64,000 bases of DNA from Rebecca billardiae RCC1528 (Eukaryota; Protista; Haptophyta): contig OZ251254.1 in the NCBI GenBank assembly GCA_965240325.2, forward strand, positions 799,843 to 863,842, given 5' to 3'. Both the position numbers and the translations under genes were made by a program. Below are positions 49,709 through 62,564 of this stretch, piece by piece (within the stretch, counting starts at the first letter, position 1; the number at the start of each line of letters is the position of its first letter). Below the pieces are notes generated by a model. That model was not told the origin of the DNA. It did not search any database and saw nothing but the letters and a program-made list of their open reading frames with translations.

Positions 49709-52508
49709 TCACCACCCCTCCCAGTAGCCCTCGTCGGTGGGCGTGTACGGCCTGATCGGGTTCTTCTTGCCGCCGCCCTTGGATGCGGCGGAGGGGCGCG
49801 GCTTGAACGGCACGTCCAGCTGCGCGCAAGCGCGCGCGCGGCGCGCGGGGCGCGCGCGCGGCGTGAGCGCCCGCCCTGCCCCCCGCCCCGCCGCGCGCGC
49901 GCGGTGTGCGGTTGGCGCGCGCGCGCCTTCTTGTCGTAGAGGCCGTCCCAGTTGAAGTGCGCAAAGAAGGGGTGCATCTTGACGTCGTCCGCGTCGTTCT
50001 GCAGGTTGCCCAGCCGCTTCGCCGCCTTCGGGTGCAGCAGCGCCGCGATCACGGACTGCGCCTGCGTGGAGAACGAGTCGGGGAACACGATCTCGTTCTT
50101 GAGGATCTTGACGTACCTGCGCGCGCGCCGGGCAGCACGCCGGGCGGCGGCTCGGCGCGCGGCGCGGCGCGCGCGCGGGCGCGGCGCGCGCGCGGCGGGC
50201 GGCGCGGCGCTGGCGGGCGCCCGCGGGCGGCGCGGGCCGCGCGGCGCGCGCACATGGCCTGCACGTTGTGGTCCGCCGTCTCGAAGGGCGTCCTGCCCGT
50301 GAGCAGCTCGAAGAGCAGCACGCCGCAGCACCACCAGTCGACTGCAAAGTCGTACGCCAGGTGTTGGATGATCTCAGGGGAGAAGTAGCACGGGGTGCCG
50401 CACTGCGTGAACGTCTTGGTGCCGACCATCAGCCGCTTGGCGAGGCCGAGGTCGACGACCTTGATGTACCCCTTGTCGTCGACCAGCACGTTCTCCGGCT
50501 TCAGGTCCCGGTAGATCACGTGCTGCTTGTGCATGTGCTCGAGCGCCAGCACGACGCCGCCGATGTAGAAGCGCGCGTGGTCCTCGGAGAAGTTGCCGCC
50601 CATGTCGTCCTGCACGTCGAAGAGGTCGCCGCCGGGGAGGTACTCGATGAGCATGTACACCCACTCGGCGTCCTGGTACGTGTTGAACATGGAGCACACG
50701 CACGGGTGCGGCATCATGTCCGCCATCAGGTTGCGCTCCTGGAACATGTTGTCCCGGCGCGAGCCTATCTTCTTCTGCGCCTTGAGCGCGTACCGCTCCT
50801 TGGAGCCGTCGTGCTCGACCAAAAAGACGAGGCCGTACGCACCCTTGCCGACCTGCGCGATGGTGGAGAGCGAGGAGGGGTCGCGCGTGTCCTCCGCCGC
50901 GCGCCTCCGCTTGATCAGCTGCTGCGGCTCCTTCAGCGGCTTGATCGTCGTCACGAAGAACGCCTTGGTCAGCGAGTAGCACACGAGCGGCGTGGCGGCG
51001 AGCACGGTTGCCATGCGCGGCTTCTCGTCCATCAGCGCGCGCTCGCCGAAGAAGTTGCCCTGGTGCAGGTGGTCGATCTGCTTGGAGCCGACCATCACGT
51101 CCACCTCGCCGTCCTTGATGATGTACAGCTTGTTCCCCGCGTCGCCCTGCCGGAAGACCACGTCGCCCCTCTTGAAGCGCTCCTCCGCGAGGTTGGAGGC
51201 CAGCTGCTCGCGCACCGACGCGTCGAGCACCGCCAGCAGCGGGATGCTGCCGACCGCCAGCTTGTTCAGCGCGGAGAGGTCGCGGTTGAGCACGACCTTG
51301 GGCTCGCCCACGGTGAGCACAAAGTCCTGCCGCGTGATGCTCGCGATCTCCACGTTCTCGCCGCGCGCGACCACCTGGTGCTCGGAGGAGGACGCGCCGA
51401 ACAGCGACTCCTCGCCAAAGTAGTCGCCCGGGTACTTGTGCGCCACCTCCGCCTCGCCCTTGCGCAGCGAGGCCTCGCCCATGCGCATGATGTACAGGTG
51501 CGCGATCTTCTCGCCCGCCTTGAGGATCACCTGCCCGTCCGTGAACTTGTCCACCTGCGCGCGGCGCGGCGCGGCGCGGCGCGGCGCGCGGCGCGCTCCG
51601 GTCGGCGCGCGGCGCCGCGGGGTGGGCGCCGGGCGCCGGGCGCCGGGCGCCGCGCCGCGCGGCGCGCGCACCTGCAGCGCGGAGGCGAGGCGGAGGCGCT
51701 CCTTGGGCGTCATGTGGTGGAAGATGGGCATCGTGCGGATCAGCTTCTCGTTGGCGCCGAACTGGTGCGCGACGCGCCGCGCGGGCGAGCGGCGGTGGCG
51801 GTGGCGGGCGGTCGGTCGGCGCGCGGCGCGGCGCTCGCGGCGGCGACGGCCGCGCGCGCGCGCGCGCGGTGGCGGCGGCCGCCGCGGCCAGCGCGAGCGA
51901 GCGCCGCGCCCCTCCTCGCGCCGCCACGCCGCGCCGCGCCGCGCGGCGTGCGCGCGCGCGCGCACCTCGCGCTTCTGCGCCCACTTGAAGACGAGGTGGA
52001 AGGTGCGCTTGGGCAGCACGTACGCGAGCGCGTCCCCCTTGGGCGCCTTGAGCGAGTACATCCGGCTGTCCTCGTAGAGCAGGCCCTCCTCGCCGTGGTG
52101 CTGGCCCACGCCGAGCGTGCGCGGCTTGTCCCGCGGGTCGTCGGACGAGAGCACCACGCTGCCCGCCGTCACGACGATCAGGCCGGGCGCGAGCGGGCGG
52201 CTCTGCCCCTTGCCGATCTCGAGCTGCTCCGTGTGGTCGATGAGGTCGGACATGTGCTCGGGGGACATGCGCGCGCCGAGGTTGGTGGTCTCGATGGCCT
52301 TCTTGATGATCGCCGCGTCCTCGGGCGGCTTCGCCACCGCCTTCACGTCCGGCGCGTCCTTGAGCTCCTGGCCGCGCGTCGTCTCGCCCCACACGCGCCC
52401 GCGCTGCCGGTCGGACTTGACGTGCTTGGTCTCGCGGCGCACGCCCGAGATGCGCTGGGCGGCCTCGGTGGGCTTGCCCCCGAGGATGCCCTTCACCTTG
52501 CCCAGCAT
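49709..52508 (-). CDS. cGMP-dependent protein kinase-like (three cNMP-binding domains plus AGC kinase); 5 exons
   Basis: FFGERALMDEKPRMAT, GKGAYG, YRDLKPEN, DLG, CGTPCYFSPE, VDWW, HPFFAHFNWD. Confidence 0.92.
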
Positions 52509-52963
52509 CTCCGCCGCGTGCTGCTGCGCCGCGCGCGCCTGCTCCGGGCCGCGATGCGCCGGCCCTGCCCGCGCGGCTGCCACCCTTTTGCAGCCCCTGC
52601 CGTGCGGCCGCCGCTGGACCGCCGCCGTTCTGAGACCATCCACCGGCGGCCGGGCGTCGGTCCCAAACCACCGTCGGCGCGATGACTAGCGGAGATACGC
52701 GTCCGTATGGGAGTAACGGGCAAAACCGCTCGAAGACGTGCGCCGCTTCGCATTCATCAGTACGCCTCGTGCTCATTACGCCGGCGGGACGGAACGAGGC
52801 GCGAGGCAGAACGCGCCGCTTCCGGCTGAGGGGCTGAGGGCGTTGCGGAGACCGTACAGCACGATGGCGGTCGGCGCTACCTCCACCACGATGAGCACGC
52901 AGCCAGAGCTTGTTGGGCGCGACGGCCGAGCGCACGCACGGCGCGCCGCCTCGCGCCGCGCGC

Positions 52964-54439
52964 TCAGCCGAGTGAGACGCGCGAGAGCGCCGCGGCCGCG
53001 CCGTCCGCGCCGCCGCCGTCGCGCGCGGCCGACGCGTCCGCGCCCGCGCTCGGCTCGGCCGCGGCGGCGCCCACGCCGTCGTACGGCCCGACGTTGTCGG
53101 CGACGAACCGCCAGAACGCCGCGACGCCGCGCGCGCTGTCCACGTCGCACACATCCGCGAGCGGCCGCGCGGGCGGCGCGTCGGCGGCGTCCGCTGCGCC
53201 CGCGCCGGGCGCCGCCTCCTTGGGCCTCGCCTTGAGCTGCGCCATGCCCAGCACGCACTCCACGACCTCGGCGGAGAGCGTGCGCTCGGCGAAGGGCCAG
53301 TCGCGCCCGAGCGCCGCCTCCGCGCCGCGCGCGCGCGCGCCGCCGCCGCCCGCGCCGAGCGCGCGCACCGCCGCGTCCGCGCCCGCGCCGCCGGGCGGCA
53401 CGGGCGCGGCCTCGAACGCGAGCGCGCACGGTGCGCGCGCTGGCTGTGAGAGCAGGTAGAGCGCGCGCCCGCCGTGCTCGGCGCCGCCCGCGCCGTCGAG
53501 CGCGGCCGCCTCGAACGCCGCCGCGCGGTGCCGCGCCAGCCCGGGCAGCTGCGACGCCCACGCGCGCCGCACGCGCACCGCGCCGAGGCTGTAGCGCTCG
53601 AGCGGCGGCGCGCGCGCCCAGTGGCACGGCGCGCGCGCCTCGGCGGCGCCGCCGCCGTCGGCGCCGCCGTCGGCGCCGCCGACGGCGGCGGCGTCGGCGT
53701 CGGCGTCGGCGTCGCCGACGGGCCGGAGCGCGAGCCACCAGCGTCCCGCCGCGTCCACCTCGAGCAGCAGCGCGTGCTGCTCGCGGCACGCCCAGTCCGT
53801 GCCGCCGCCGCGCACGGGCGACGCGCGCCGCTCGTGCGCGAGGCCGCAGCCGAGCAGCAGCGCGGCCCTGCGGCCCATCTCCAGGCTGTGCACCGCCTCG
53901 CGCGCGGAGGCGAGCGCGTCGGCGTGCGGCGCGAAGGGGTGCGCGCCCGGCGCGTGCGTCGGGCCCGCGCCCGCGCCGCCGAGCAGCGCCGCCGCGCTCA
54001 GCGCGAGCGCGAGCGCGCGCGCGGCGGCGTCGAGCCGCGCCGCCAGCCGCGGCAGCGCGTCGCGCCGCCGCACGCCGCCCGTCTGCCGCTCGAGCCAGGC
54101 GCGCACGCCGCCGCCGCCGCCCGCGTCGTCGTCCGGCTCGCTCGCGCCCTCCTCCGCCTCCCCATCCTCCGCCGCGCCGCCCTCGTCCTCCGGCGCGAGC
54201 GCCGCCTCGCACTCGGCGAGCGCCAGCCGCGCGAGGCAGACGGCGCCGTCGAGCAGCGCGGTCGTGCGGTGGCGCGCGTGCAGCCGCAGCGCGAGGAGGA
54301 GCGGCGCGTCGAGCGCGCGCAGCGCGAGCACGAGCTGCATCGCCTCCTCCGGCACCTCCTGCAGCGCGCGCACCGCGCTGATCGCCCGGCCCACGTTCGA
54401 GACGACGGCGAGCGACGGGCCGATGAGCGCGAGCGCCAT
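52964..54439 (-). CDS. Hypothetical protein (491 aa)
   Basis: ATG-initiated ORF with GC3 codon pattern like neighbouring genes; no recognised domain. Confidence 0.7.
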   Translation of the reverse strand: MALALIGPSLAVVSNVGRAISAVRALQEVPEEAMQLVLALRALDAPLLLALRLHARHRTTALLDGAVCLARLALAECEAALAPEDEGGAAEDGEAEEGASEPDDDAGGGGGVRAWLERQTGGVRRRDALPRLAARLDAAARALALALSAAALLGGAGAGPTHAPGAHPFAPHADALASAREAVHSLEMGRRAALLLGCGLAHERRASPVRGGGTDWACREQHALLLEVDAAGRWWLALRPVGDADADADAAAVGGADGGADGGGAAEARAPCHWARAPPLERYSLGAVRVRRAWASQLPGLARHRAAAFEAAALDGAGGAEHGGRALYLLSQPARAPCALAFEAAPVPPGGAGADAAVRALGAGGGGARARGAEAALGRDWPFAERTLSAEVVECVLGMAQLKARPKEAAPGAGAADAADAPPARPLADVCDVDSARGVAAFWRFVADNVGPYDGVGAAAAEPSAGADASAARDGGGADGAAAALSRVSLG

Positions 54440-54538
54440 CGCGCGCCGCTCACGAGTTAATATTATAAGAGTACTCGACGCGACCGGCGACGCGCGGCCA
54501 AATCAGTGGAACGAAAGACAGTCTGAAAGTCCGGCGGG

Positions 54539-55414
54539 ATGGCGACACCGGGCGAGCGCGCCGCCCTCGTCGAGCGGCTCGTGACGACACGGTGCGAGAC
54601 GCTGCGCGCGCTCAAGGCGGTGCACCTGGGGCAGGGCCACTGGCTGGGCGTGGTGCGCTTCTCCGCGCCGGGCGACCCGCCCGGCCCGCCGCCCTCGCTC
54701 GCGACCGCGCTCGCGTCCGCGGACGGCGTGGGCGCTCGCACGTACCGCTGGTTCTGCCTGGGCGCCTCGCTCGCGCCGCTGCTGCAGCTGCCGGGCGGTG
54801 CGCCCTTCGTCGGCGCGCTGCTGCAGCTGCTCGAGGAGGAGGCCTACCACTTCGCGCCGCCCGCGCTGCGCGGCGTCCGCTCGCTCGCGGCGCGCTACTC
54901 GAGCAGGTGGGGCGGCGGCGGCGGCGGCGAGGGCGGCGCGGACGACGGCCCGCTCGGCCAGCCGCGCGACGAGGCGGCGGCGCTGCGCCCGGTGCTGCGC
55001 GTCGCGCCGGGCGGCGGCGTGCAGTACGCGCGGCTGCGCACGCCGCCCGCGCGCGCGCCGCTCTCCCACTCGGTGGTGCTCTGCTGCGTGTCCGAGCTGC
55101 TCGTGTGCTGCTACCGCAAGCTGGCCGCCACCGAGCCGGACGCGCTCAGCGCGGGCCTGCTCGAGGCGGTGGGCAAGGCGGACGCGGCGCTGGAGGCGCG
55201 CGTGCTCGCGCCGGCGGCGCGCGAGCTGCAGGCCGCGGCGCTCAGCGTCGCGCAGGCGCGGCTCGGCTCGCTCGACGGCGCCCTCTTCGGGCTGGGCTCG
55301 GCGCTCGGCTCGGCGCTCTCGCAGCTCAGCGCGGCCACACCCGCACCCGCCGGCGGCGCGGGCGGCGCGCTCGGCGACTACTACGCGCTCGGCGCCGCCG
55401 GGGACGACGACTGA
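54539..55414 (+). CDS. Hypothetical helical protein (291 aa)
   Basis: ATG-initiated ORF, protein-like composition (WFCLGASLAPLL, ELLVCCYRKL), divergent from previous gene. Confidence 0.72.
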   Translation: MATPGERAALVERLVTTRCETLRALKAVHLGQGHWLGVVRFSAPGDPPGPPPSLATALASADGVGARTYRWFCLGASLAPLLQLPGGAPFVGALLQLLEEEAYHFAPPALRGVRSLAARYSSRWGGGGGGEGGADDGPLGQPRDEAAALRPVLRVAPGGGVQYARLRTPPARAPLSHSVVLCCVSELLVCCYRKLAATEPDALSAGLLEAVGKADAALEARVLAPAARELQAAALSVAQARLGSLDGALFGLGSALGSALSQLSAATPAPAGGAGGALGDYYALGAAGDDD

Positions 55415-57469
55415 GCGCGCGCGGCGGGCCGGCGCGCGAGGCGGGTGCGCGCGCCGCGTGCTGCTTGCCCGAAGGCCCGCGCACACCGGCGGCGCCGGCG
55501 CGCTGCCAATAATGCTCAGAAGTGCCGGCCCAGTGACCCGTGAGCCATGCAGTGGCGGCCCGGGCCGGGCTGCGGGCACGCGACGGTGTCGTGGCAGCTG
55601 GCGGTCGTCGTCCGAGCGCACTATTCTAATGATAATCGATAGGCGCGCACAAGCGCAACGGTCAGAGCACTGCGTCAGGCAGTAGACTGAGTTTATTTGT
55701 TTTAACGTGCGTAAGGCTCACGGTGGCAGGTTGCCGCGCCATCCTTCATCACACGCTCTCCGAAGAGAGACCTGGAAACTGGTAGTGCGGGCGGGCTCCA
55801 GCCACAGTCAGGGACGTCCACTGACCCTATGGGGGGGGTGCATTTAGACGAACCCCTGGGAGCCAGGGAGCGATGAGGGTACCAATCGAAAGATCTCCGG
55901 GGCGGCGGACGAAGCCGCAGGTTCAAAACCGAAGCCGCAGACGAGTTCGTATGTTTCCTTGTCCTTGAACGCGTCGTCACAGTCGAACACGGAGGACTCC
56001 ATCGTGCTGAACTTTTTTGGGGGCTCCCGGACCGGTCTCTCGCACGATGGAGCGCCGCCGAGCGGGCGAGGAGACGAGACGTCTTGGAGGCCTTGATCCG
56101 GGCGCATCCGCTGGTTGGCCGCGGCACCCTGTCGCGCTCGCGCCCCGGGTGCACCTTCGTGCACTGAGAGTCACCGATGGGCGAGAAGCTGCTCGTCGAC
56201 TCGAGCAAGCTGCGCGCTTTCCGCGTTGAGCTGCTCGCGCCGGCGGCCACACCTCGCGGCGGTGCGGGCGTGCGCATGAGCTTGTCGGCTTCTAGCTGCT
56301 CGCGCCCCGGGCCGCGCCGTCAGCTCGTGGTGCCACGGGTATGCGCACGAGCTCGTGCTTGGCTGCAGCTCCTCAGAGGACTGCCACAGCTGGCTGGCTC
56401 AGAGCTTGTTCGCGAGTGCTAAGGTGCGGCGTGGCCTGCGCGGTGCGCCGCAGCGGTCAATGCGTTGCTCGATCCTGCACTACGCTACGTCGTGACTCGC
56501 GAGGGAGGCGCCGATATTGGGGCTGTGTGCAATGCGTCATGGCCGCCCGGCGCAGAGCCGACGCCGCACGACGCAGCCCTCAGCCAACACCACGGCGAAC
56601 ACGGTCTGCTATGCGAATTCTGGCGAGTTGGGGCCTTATTGAGGCGTATTTGGTCCTTCGATCGGCTGGGGGGAGCCCCCCCCGGACCCCCCCAGAGAGT
56701 CTGAATGCATCCCTGCTGGACGTCCCGGACAGTGACCGGAGCCGGCGGGGCCCGACCGCGGGGAATCGGCCGCGACTGCGCTTAACTCATATTAATAGCC
56801 GGCCGCCTGCCGCGGCCGGCAGGCCGCGGACGCGCCCGCGCCGCCAGCCCGGCTGCCGGCAGACGGCAGTACATTGCAGCAGGCAGTCGTGGCAGCAGTT
56901 AGACGGGAGATGCGGTAGCCGCGGCCTTCGATCCCCGACGATATATATATATACTATTGACGAAAAAGTAGTGCCGCCGACAGCACGGCCTGACGGCCAC
57001 GATGAGTCGGGGTTACTACTTACTACGTACCGGTCCGCGAGCCGCGGCGCCGGCCCGCGGCACGGCCGGCCGGGCTGCCCGGCCCGTTCTGCGCCGGCCG
57101 CCTAGTGCGGATACGCGCGCGACGATGACGACCGCCATATATATCTCAGCGCACGCAGTCAGTATCTAGTACGGCAGTAGTGCGTTGCCACCCGGTTAGA
57201 GCCAGTGGCATGGTCATATTATATATCTATGGATATATGGATATACATATATACTTTATTATAGGCGGGCCAGGGGCGGTGCGCGGTAACATGATATATG
57301 ATGATGAGTACATAAACTAGTCGTCGTCCGCACGACCGCACCGGCGCACCGCGACTGCGCGGCACGTCCGGCTGTTCCTTCTTCATCATCGGCTCCCGCG
57401 CATTATAAACGTATGATCAGTGTCGGCTGATTCGAGCGCCCTGGGACCGGGCGCACGGATGCGCTCCAG

Positions 57470-58288
57470 TCATTGCGCTGCCTCGTCACCACCGGCACCA
57501 CGCGCTTGGACGCGCCGGCGCCGTACGTGGCGGCCACGGCCCCTTTGGAGCCGCGGCAGCCGGTGCTGCTGGTGGCCGCGGCCGTGGCTGCCGCTCTGGA
57601 CACTGCTGCTGCTGGTTGTGCTCACGCCATCCGCGAGCTTCGGCATGCTCGGGGCGCGCAGGCGGCCGATCGCGTTGCTGACGCCCTGCAGCGCGTCCAC
57701 GAGTAACGGGCGCGCCAAGCCGTGCTCATCGTCGCGCCGGATCGCAAGCGGCTGCGTGATGGCGCCCGCCGGCAGCACGCTGGTGTGCGAGCTCACCGTG
57801 CGCACGAGCAGTGCGAGAGCGCTGTCGAGGTCCACGGACTCCCACTGCGTCTCGCAGATGAGGCGCGTCATGGCGTCAAACTCCTCCGGTGAGACGTTCA
57901 GGCCCGAGGTGTCGAGCAGGAGGCTGAAAGTGTCCAGCTCCGCGCGGAGAAGCATCGTCGCGTCGAGGATCGCGGCGTCGGCGACGAGCGGCAACAGGTT
58001 GTCGACGCTGCGGTCGTTGCAGTACTTGTCGGCGAGGACGACGCATGTGCTGAAGTGTAGCTCAGCGCGCTCCGCAAAGCGCCTCGCCGCCTCGACGTTC
58101 GCGACGACGCGGCTGAGGTATGCGCACGCCAGCACGAGCGACTCGGGCTTGATGCAGGCGGTCCAGCGCATGTCTGTCGTCGGGGAGCCGGGCGTGATGG
58201 CAGCGACGAGTGCTGGCACGCGCCTCGGCACGTGTGGCCTCAACTCCTCGTACGCGGCCATGCGAGAGATCGTCGGGAGGTGGTGCAT
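57470..58288 (-). CDS. Cyclin-like protein, PHO80/P-type family
   Basis: ESLVLACAYLSR, STCVVLADKYCND, AELDTFSLL..LNVSPEEF cyclin-box pattern. Confidence 0.75.
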   Translation of the reverse strand: MHHLPTISRMAAYEELRPHVPRRVPALVAAITPGSPTTDMRWTACIKPESLVLACAYLSRVVANVEAARRFAERAELHFSTCVVLADKYCNDRSVDNLLPLVADAAILDATMLLRAELDTFSLLLDTSGLNVSPEEFDAMTRLICETQWESVDLDSALALLVRTVSSHTSVLPAGAITQPLAIRRDDEHGLARPLLVDALQGVSNAIGRLRAPSMPKLADGVSTTSSSSVQSGSHGRGHQQHRLPRLQRGRGRHVRRRRVQARGAGGDEAAQ

Positions 58289-60173
58289 TGCGGGTTCGTC
58301 GAGAGTCGAGACAGCCCTCGGTCGGGGTGGGCCGGAGGGAAGCGATCATCAGTGATTCTGTTTGAGCTCATGTTCAAGACGCGTGGCTCTACCGCTCGAT
58401 CTACCCAATGGCTGATGAACCACCGGGCGCACCCCCTGGTCACTACTGGGTAGATCGATGAGGATCAGCAACGCTTCCATCAGCCTTCGTTGTAGATTCT
58501 CAAAGATGCTTCCGCCGTCTTCCAAAAGAGCTCTCCGCGAGGTCGCGGATGCCGGCGGGCGAATCATGACTCATGAGCCTCGCTGGCGATTTTAACGGGC
58601 GAATCACGGGGGTCTGCCGGCCGCGGCGGCGGCGGCGACCCGGGCCGAAAGCATTTACTTGTGCTCTATCAGTTCGTTCCGGCCATTTGCAACCATCATG
58701 GAAATGAGCGGGCGCCCAGCCGCCCGTCGTCCCGACCGGTGTCATCCGGTCGGGACGACCGCGGCGGGCCGGCAACCAGTCATACCATCGCCATCAGCCA
58801 AAACGCGGAATGAAAAATGGCCGGCTTCAGCCCGCTGCTGTGGGTCCCAGAGTAGTGCGGGCCTTGGTGGCGGCCCCGCGGCGGCACGCCCCGGTTGGCA
58901 CATCCGCGCTCGTACTATGAGACGCTGACTAGTGAGCTGCGGCGAAAGACATTGCCAAGACATATACTGCTTCATCGACTTGCCGAGGTGCTTCGCCTTG
59001 ACACAGGGTTTACTCTTGCGGCGCACTCGTGACGCGCGACGAGCCGCCGAGTGAAGCCGGCAGCGGCGGGCCCGCTGCAAGCACTCTGTGTTGGCTGCGT
59101 CTTGAGCCCGCGCCATGTCAGATGACCAAGGCCGCTTGATAGGAAGATAGTCTGCCATCGAAAATAGCTCTATACACGCTCCACCGCCGCTTCTCGCCTG
59201 CCTGAGCTTTGTGATGCGTCTCTTATTCTGATCTTAGTAAACTGTACCTTGTCGAGCTTGAGATGCGTCCGCGTCGTTGCAAATGCATGCGCTCGAATGC
59301 AGCCTGCCGCCCGCTGCAATTTGCCATATCAACGTGTCTACGTGATCGCAGCAGGTCGGCTGGCCGGATTGCCAAGCCTGGCCACGGCGAGTAAACCGTA
59401 CCTACGAGTACTACGACACGATGCGTGTCACGCGCACCCACGACTACGACACTCACCGACGAAATCAAAATACAATAAGGCGTATGCACGCGTCATCGCG
59501 CATCTGTCAGGCTGCGGCGTCTATATTATTCATGCGCATTCGTCGTCGCGCAGCGATGATGCCATTATATTATACTGGCGGGCGGATCATTATTCATATT
59601 GTTGCTGCATCATATCAGATCCGAGGCGGCCGCCGTGACATGCCGTTACTTCACATCGGCACCGATCCGAGCAGCGCCGAACGCGTACAATAATATGTGT
59701 GTTATATTATATTATGTATATACATATATATGTATATATATACATAATAATATATATATATTATAAGTAGTATATGATAATGTATAGATATGTTATTAAA
59801 CGCGGCGCCCTCAATCAATCAGAAGCCTGCGACGCATATCAGACGATTTCTGTGGCTGTGCCGCGCGCGCTGCTGCTTCAATGTGCAGCTGGCGGATCAC
59901 TGATCAGGCGTTCGACGGTTCGGACGGCGCCGCCGGCGCGCGCGGCGCGCGCCGACGCGGCCTCCAGCCTCATCCAGGGGGCGGGCGGAAGCGGCGGCCC
60001 GAACAGCGGTGTGACGATGATGGTCCGTGTCCGCCGAGCCGCGCCGTCGGCCGGCCATCCATGATTCATCCATGCGGGGGTTGGTCGGAATCGGGTCGGG
60101 ACAAAGTGTGCCATGCCGTGTGCGCACGCAAAATCAGAGCGGGCGGGCGCGATCGGGCGGCGGACGGCGCCCG

Positions 60174-62529
60174 TCATGCGCGCGGCGCCGCGGGCGTGGC
60201 GCGCTCTCGGCGGCTGCCCGGCAGCATCTGCAGGAAGCCGCGGCGCGGCGGCTCGGCGTCGGCGGCGCCGCCGTCCGCGCTGAGCGCCGACGTGCCGCGG
60301 CGCGCGAGGTGCGCGGGCGGGTGCGCGTCCGCCGCCTCGGCGGGCGTGACGGGCGCGGCGGCGTGGCGCGAGCCGGCGTCGGCGGCGTGCGCGCTCGGCC
60401 CGTGCACGAAGGCCATCAGCGCCTCCGGCTTGGCGCGCGCGCGCTCCCGGAAGCGCGTGCCGAAGAGCGAGAGCGCGGCGGCGCTGTCCGCGTCGATGGC
60501 CGCGCACTGGAAGAGCGCGTCGACCGTCTTTGCGTACAGCCCGAGCACCAGCCCGGCCAGCAGGTAGCCGCCCACGCCCACGAGCACGCACGGGCCCGCG
60601 CAGCCGTACGTGAGCGAGGAGGCGTACGGCTCGTACGTGCGCAGCACGTACCACGTGCACACCACCGCGCCGCCCTGCGCGTCGCGGCGGGAGGGGGCGC
60701 GCACGCGCGCGCGACGCGGCGCGGCTGAGCGCTCGGCGCGCCGGGCCGGGCGCTGCGGCGCGAGGCGGGCGCGCGCGTCGCGCGCGTCGCGCGCGTCGCG
60801 GGCAGGGCGGGCGGCGGCGCGCGCGTACGGCGATGACGATGCGCGCGAGCAGCGTGACGTACGCCAGCACGACGGAGAGCACGGACAGCCGCAGCGCGTG
60901 CCCCTTGAGCACCTGCGCGGCGGCCGCAGCGGCCGCGCGGAGGCGGGGTCGGCGGCGGGGTCGGCGGCGCGCGGCGCGCGGCGCGCGGCGCGGCGCGAGC
61001 GGGGCGGGGCGCGCCGCGCGCGCGCGCGCGCACCGACGAGGCGGTGGCGGCGGCGGCCATGAACGACTTGCCGCCGAGCATCACCTGCACGTACGCGTGC
61101 GTCGTCACCAGCTCGAGCACGCGCTCGAAGCAGCCCAGGCAGCACGCCACGCAGCAGCACACAAAGTCGACGAGCGACGTGCAGCACGAGTGCACGCGCG
61201 AGGCGGCGCGCAGCCGCTGGTACGCGGCAAAGAGCGTGAGGCGCACGGCGCGGACGAGCGCGATGAGCAGCGAGCCGAACGCGACGGTGCCGAGGTGGTA
61301 CCGCGTGACGAGCCACATGGAGTGCAGCACCGGCAGCCGCGCGGGCAGCGGCGGCACGAGCGACGAGCCGAGCGAGCCGCCGCCCGCGCGCAGCGCGCCG
61401 CCCGCCGACGGCGCGCGCCGCGGCTTGGCGCCGCCGCCGCGCCGGCCGAGCGCGCCGCCGGCGCGGGCGGCGGCGGCGTCCGCGCCGTCGGCGTCGGCCG
61501 CCTCCTCGCCGTGCGCCGTCGACGCGTTCGACGCGGCGGACGGCGAGTCGGTCACGGCGCGCGCGAGCGCGGGCGCGGGCGCGTGGCGCGCGTGCTCGTC
61601 CGCGGGCGCGCGCGCGTAGTGGCCGGGCGGCGCGTACGGCTGCGGCGGCGCGCCGTTGAAGTACCACTCGGCGACGGCGCCCGAGACGACGCAGCGGCCG
61701 ACGTGCGCGACGAAGGTGTAGAGCCAGAGCACGCAGAGCGCGTGCCCCGCCATCAGCCCCACCAGCGCGTCGTCGTAGTAGTACGCGGGCGCGCCGCGCG
61801 TGAGCTGGCGCTCGCCCGCCGCCAGCAGGTGCGCGAGCACGTACGCGCCATACCCGAGCACGGAGACGCAGCCCGCGGTGGTGAGGACGGGCTCGAGGCA
61901 GAGCGAGGGGATCGCGCCGATCGCGGCGGAGGCGTCGCGCAGCACGACCACCGCCGACTGGATCCGCCCGCGCAGCCACAGCGTCGAGAGCAGCAGCAGC
62001 ACCGCCGCGCCGCCCGTGCCGTATGCGCCGTGCTGCAGCGGCGGCGCGAGGTAAAAGTGCATGTAGTACGTGCACGCCAGGAGGCCGGCCTGCAGGAGCG
62101 CGATGGGGAGCCAGACGATGAGCGCGGCGAAGTGGCGCATGAGGAGGAGCCACAGCGCCGCGAGGCCCACCACGCCCGCCGCCGCCGCGCCGAGCACGTC
62201 CCTCGAGGCGAGCACGTCCGCCCAGAGCATGAGCGCGAGGCCCCACGCCAGCAGCGCGCGCGAGGGGCCCTCGGCAGACGCGCCGCCGGCGGGGGCGTCG
62301 CCGAGGACGAGCGCCATGAGGCTGCGCAGCGGGTCGTCGGCGATGGCGTTCGCGCCGCGCGCCGACTCGCCCAGCCGCGTGTCCACCGCGCGCCACGCGC
62401 GCCGCGCCGCCGTCACCGCGCCCACGCCGCCCGCGCCCTCGTCCGCGGCCGCGGCCGCGCCGCCCTCGGCGGCGGCGTCGGCCGCGCTCGCGTTGGCCGC
62501 GCGCGTGCCGTTGGCGAGGCGCGCGTGCA

Positions 62530-62564
<35 letters not shown>

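Noticed and set aside
55702-56277. 191-aa minus-strand ORF and overlapping 106-aa ORF
   Set aside because: No recognisable motif and no consistent gene model; cannot be supported without expression data.
58410-58450. CTGATGA as a hammerhead ribozyme core (also CTGACGA in element 3' ends)
   Set aside because: The required GAAA after stem II is missing.
58742-59158. 138-aa minus-strand ORF
   Set aside because: No motif, and codon pattern unlike neighbouring genes.
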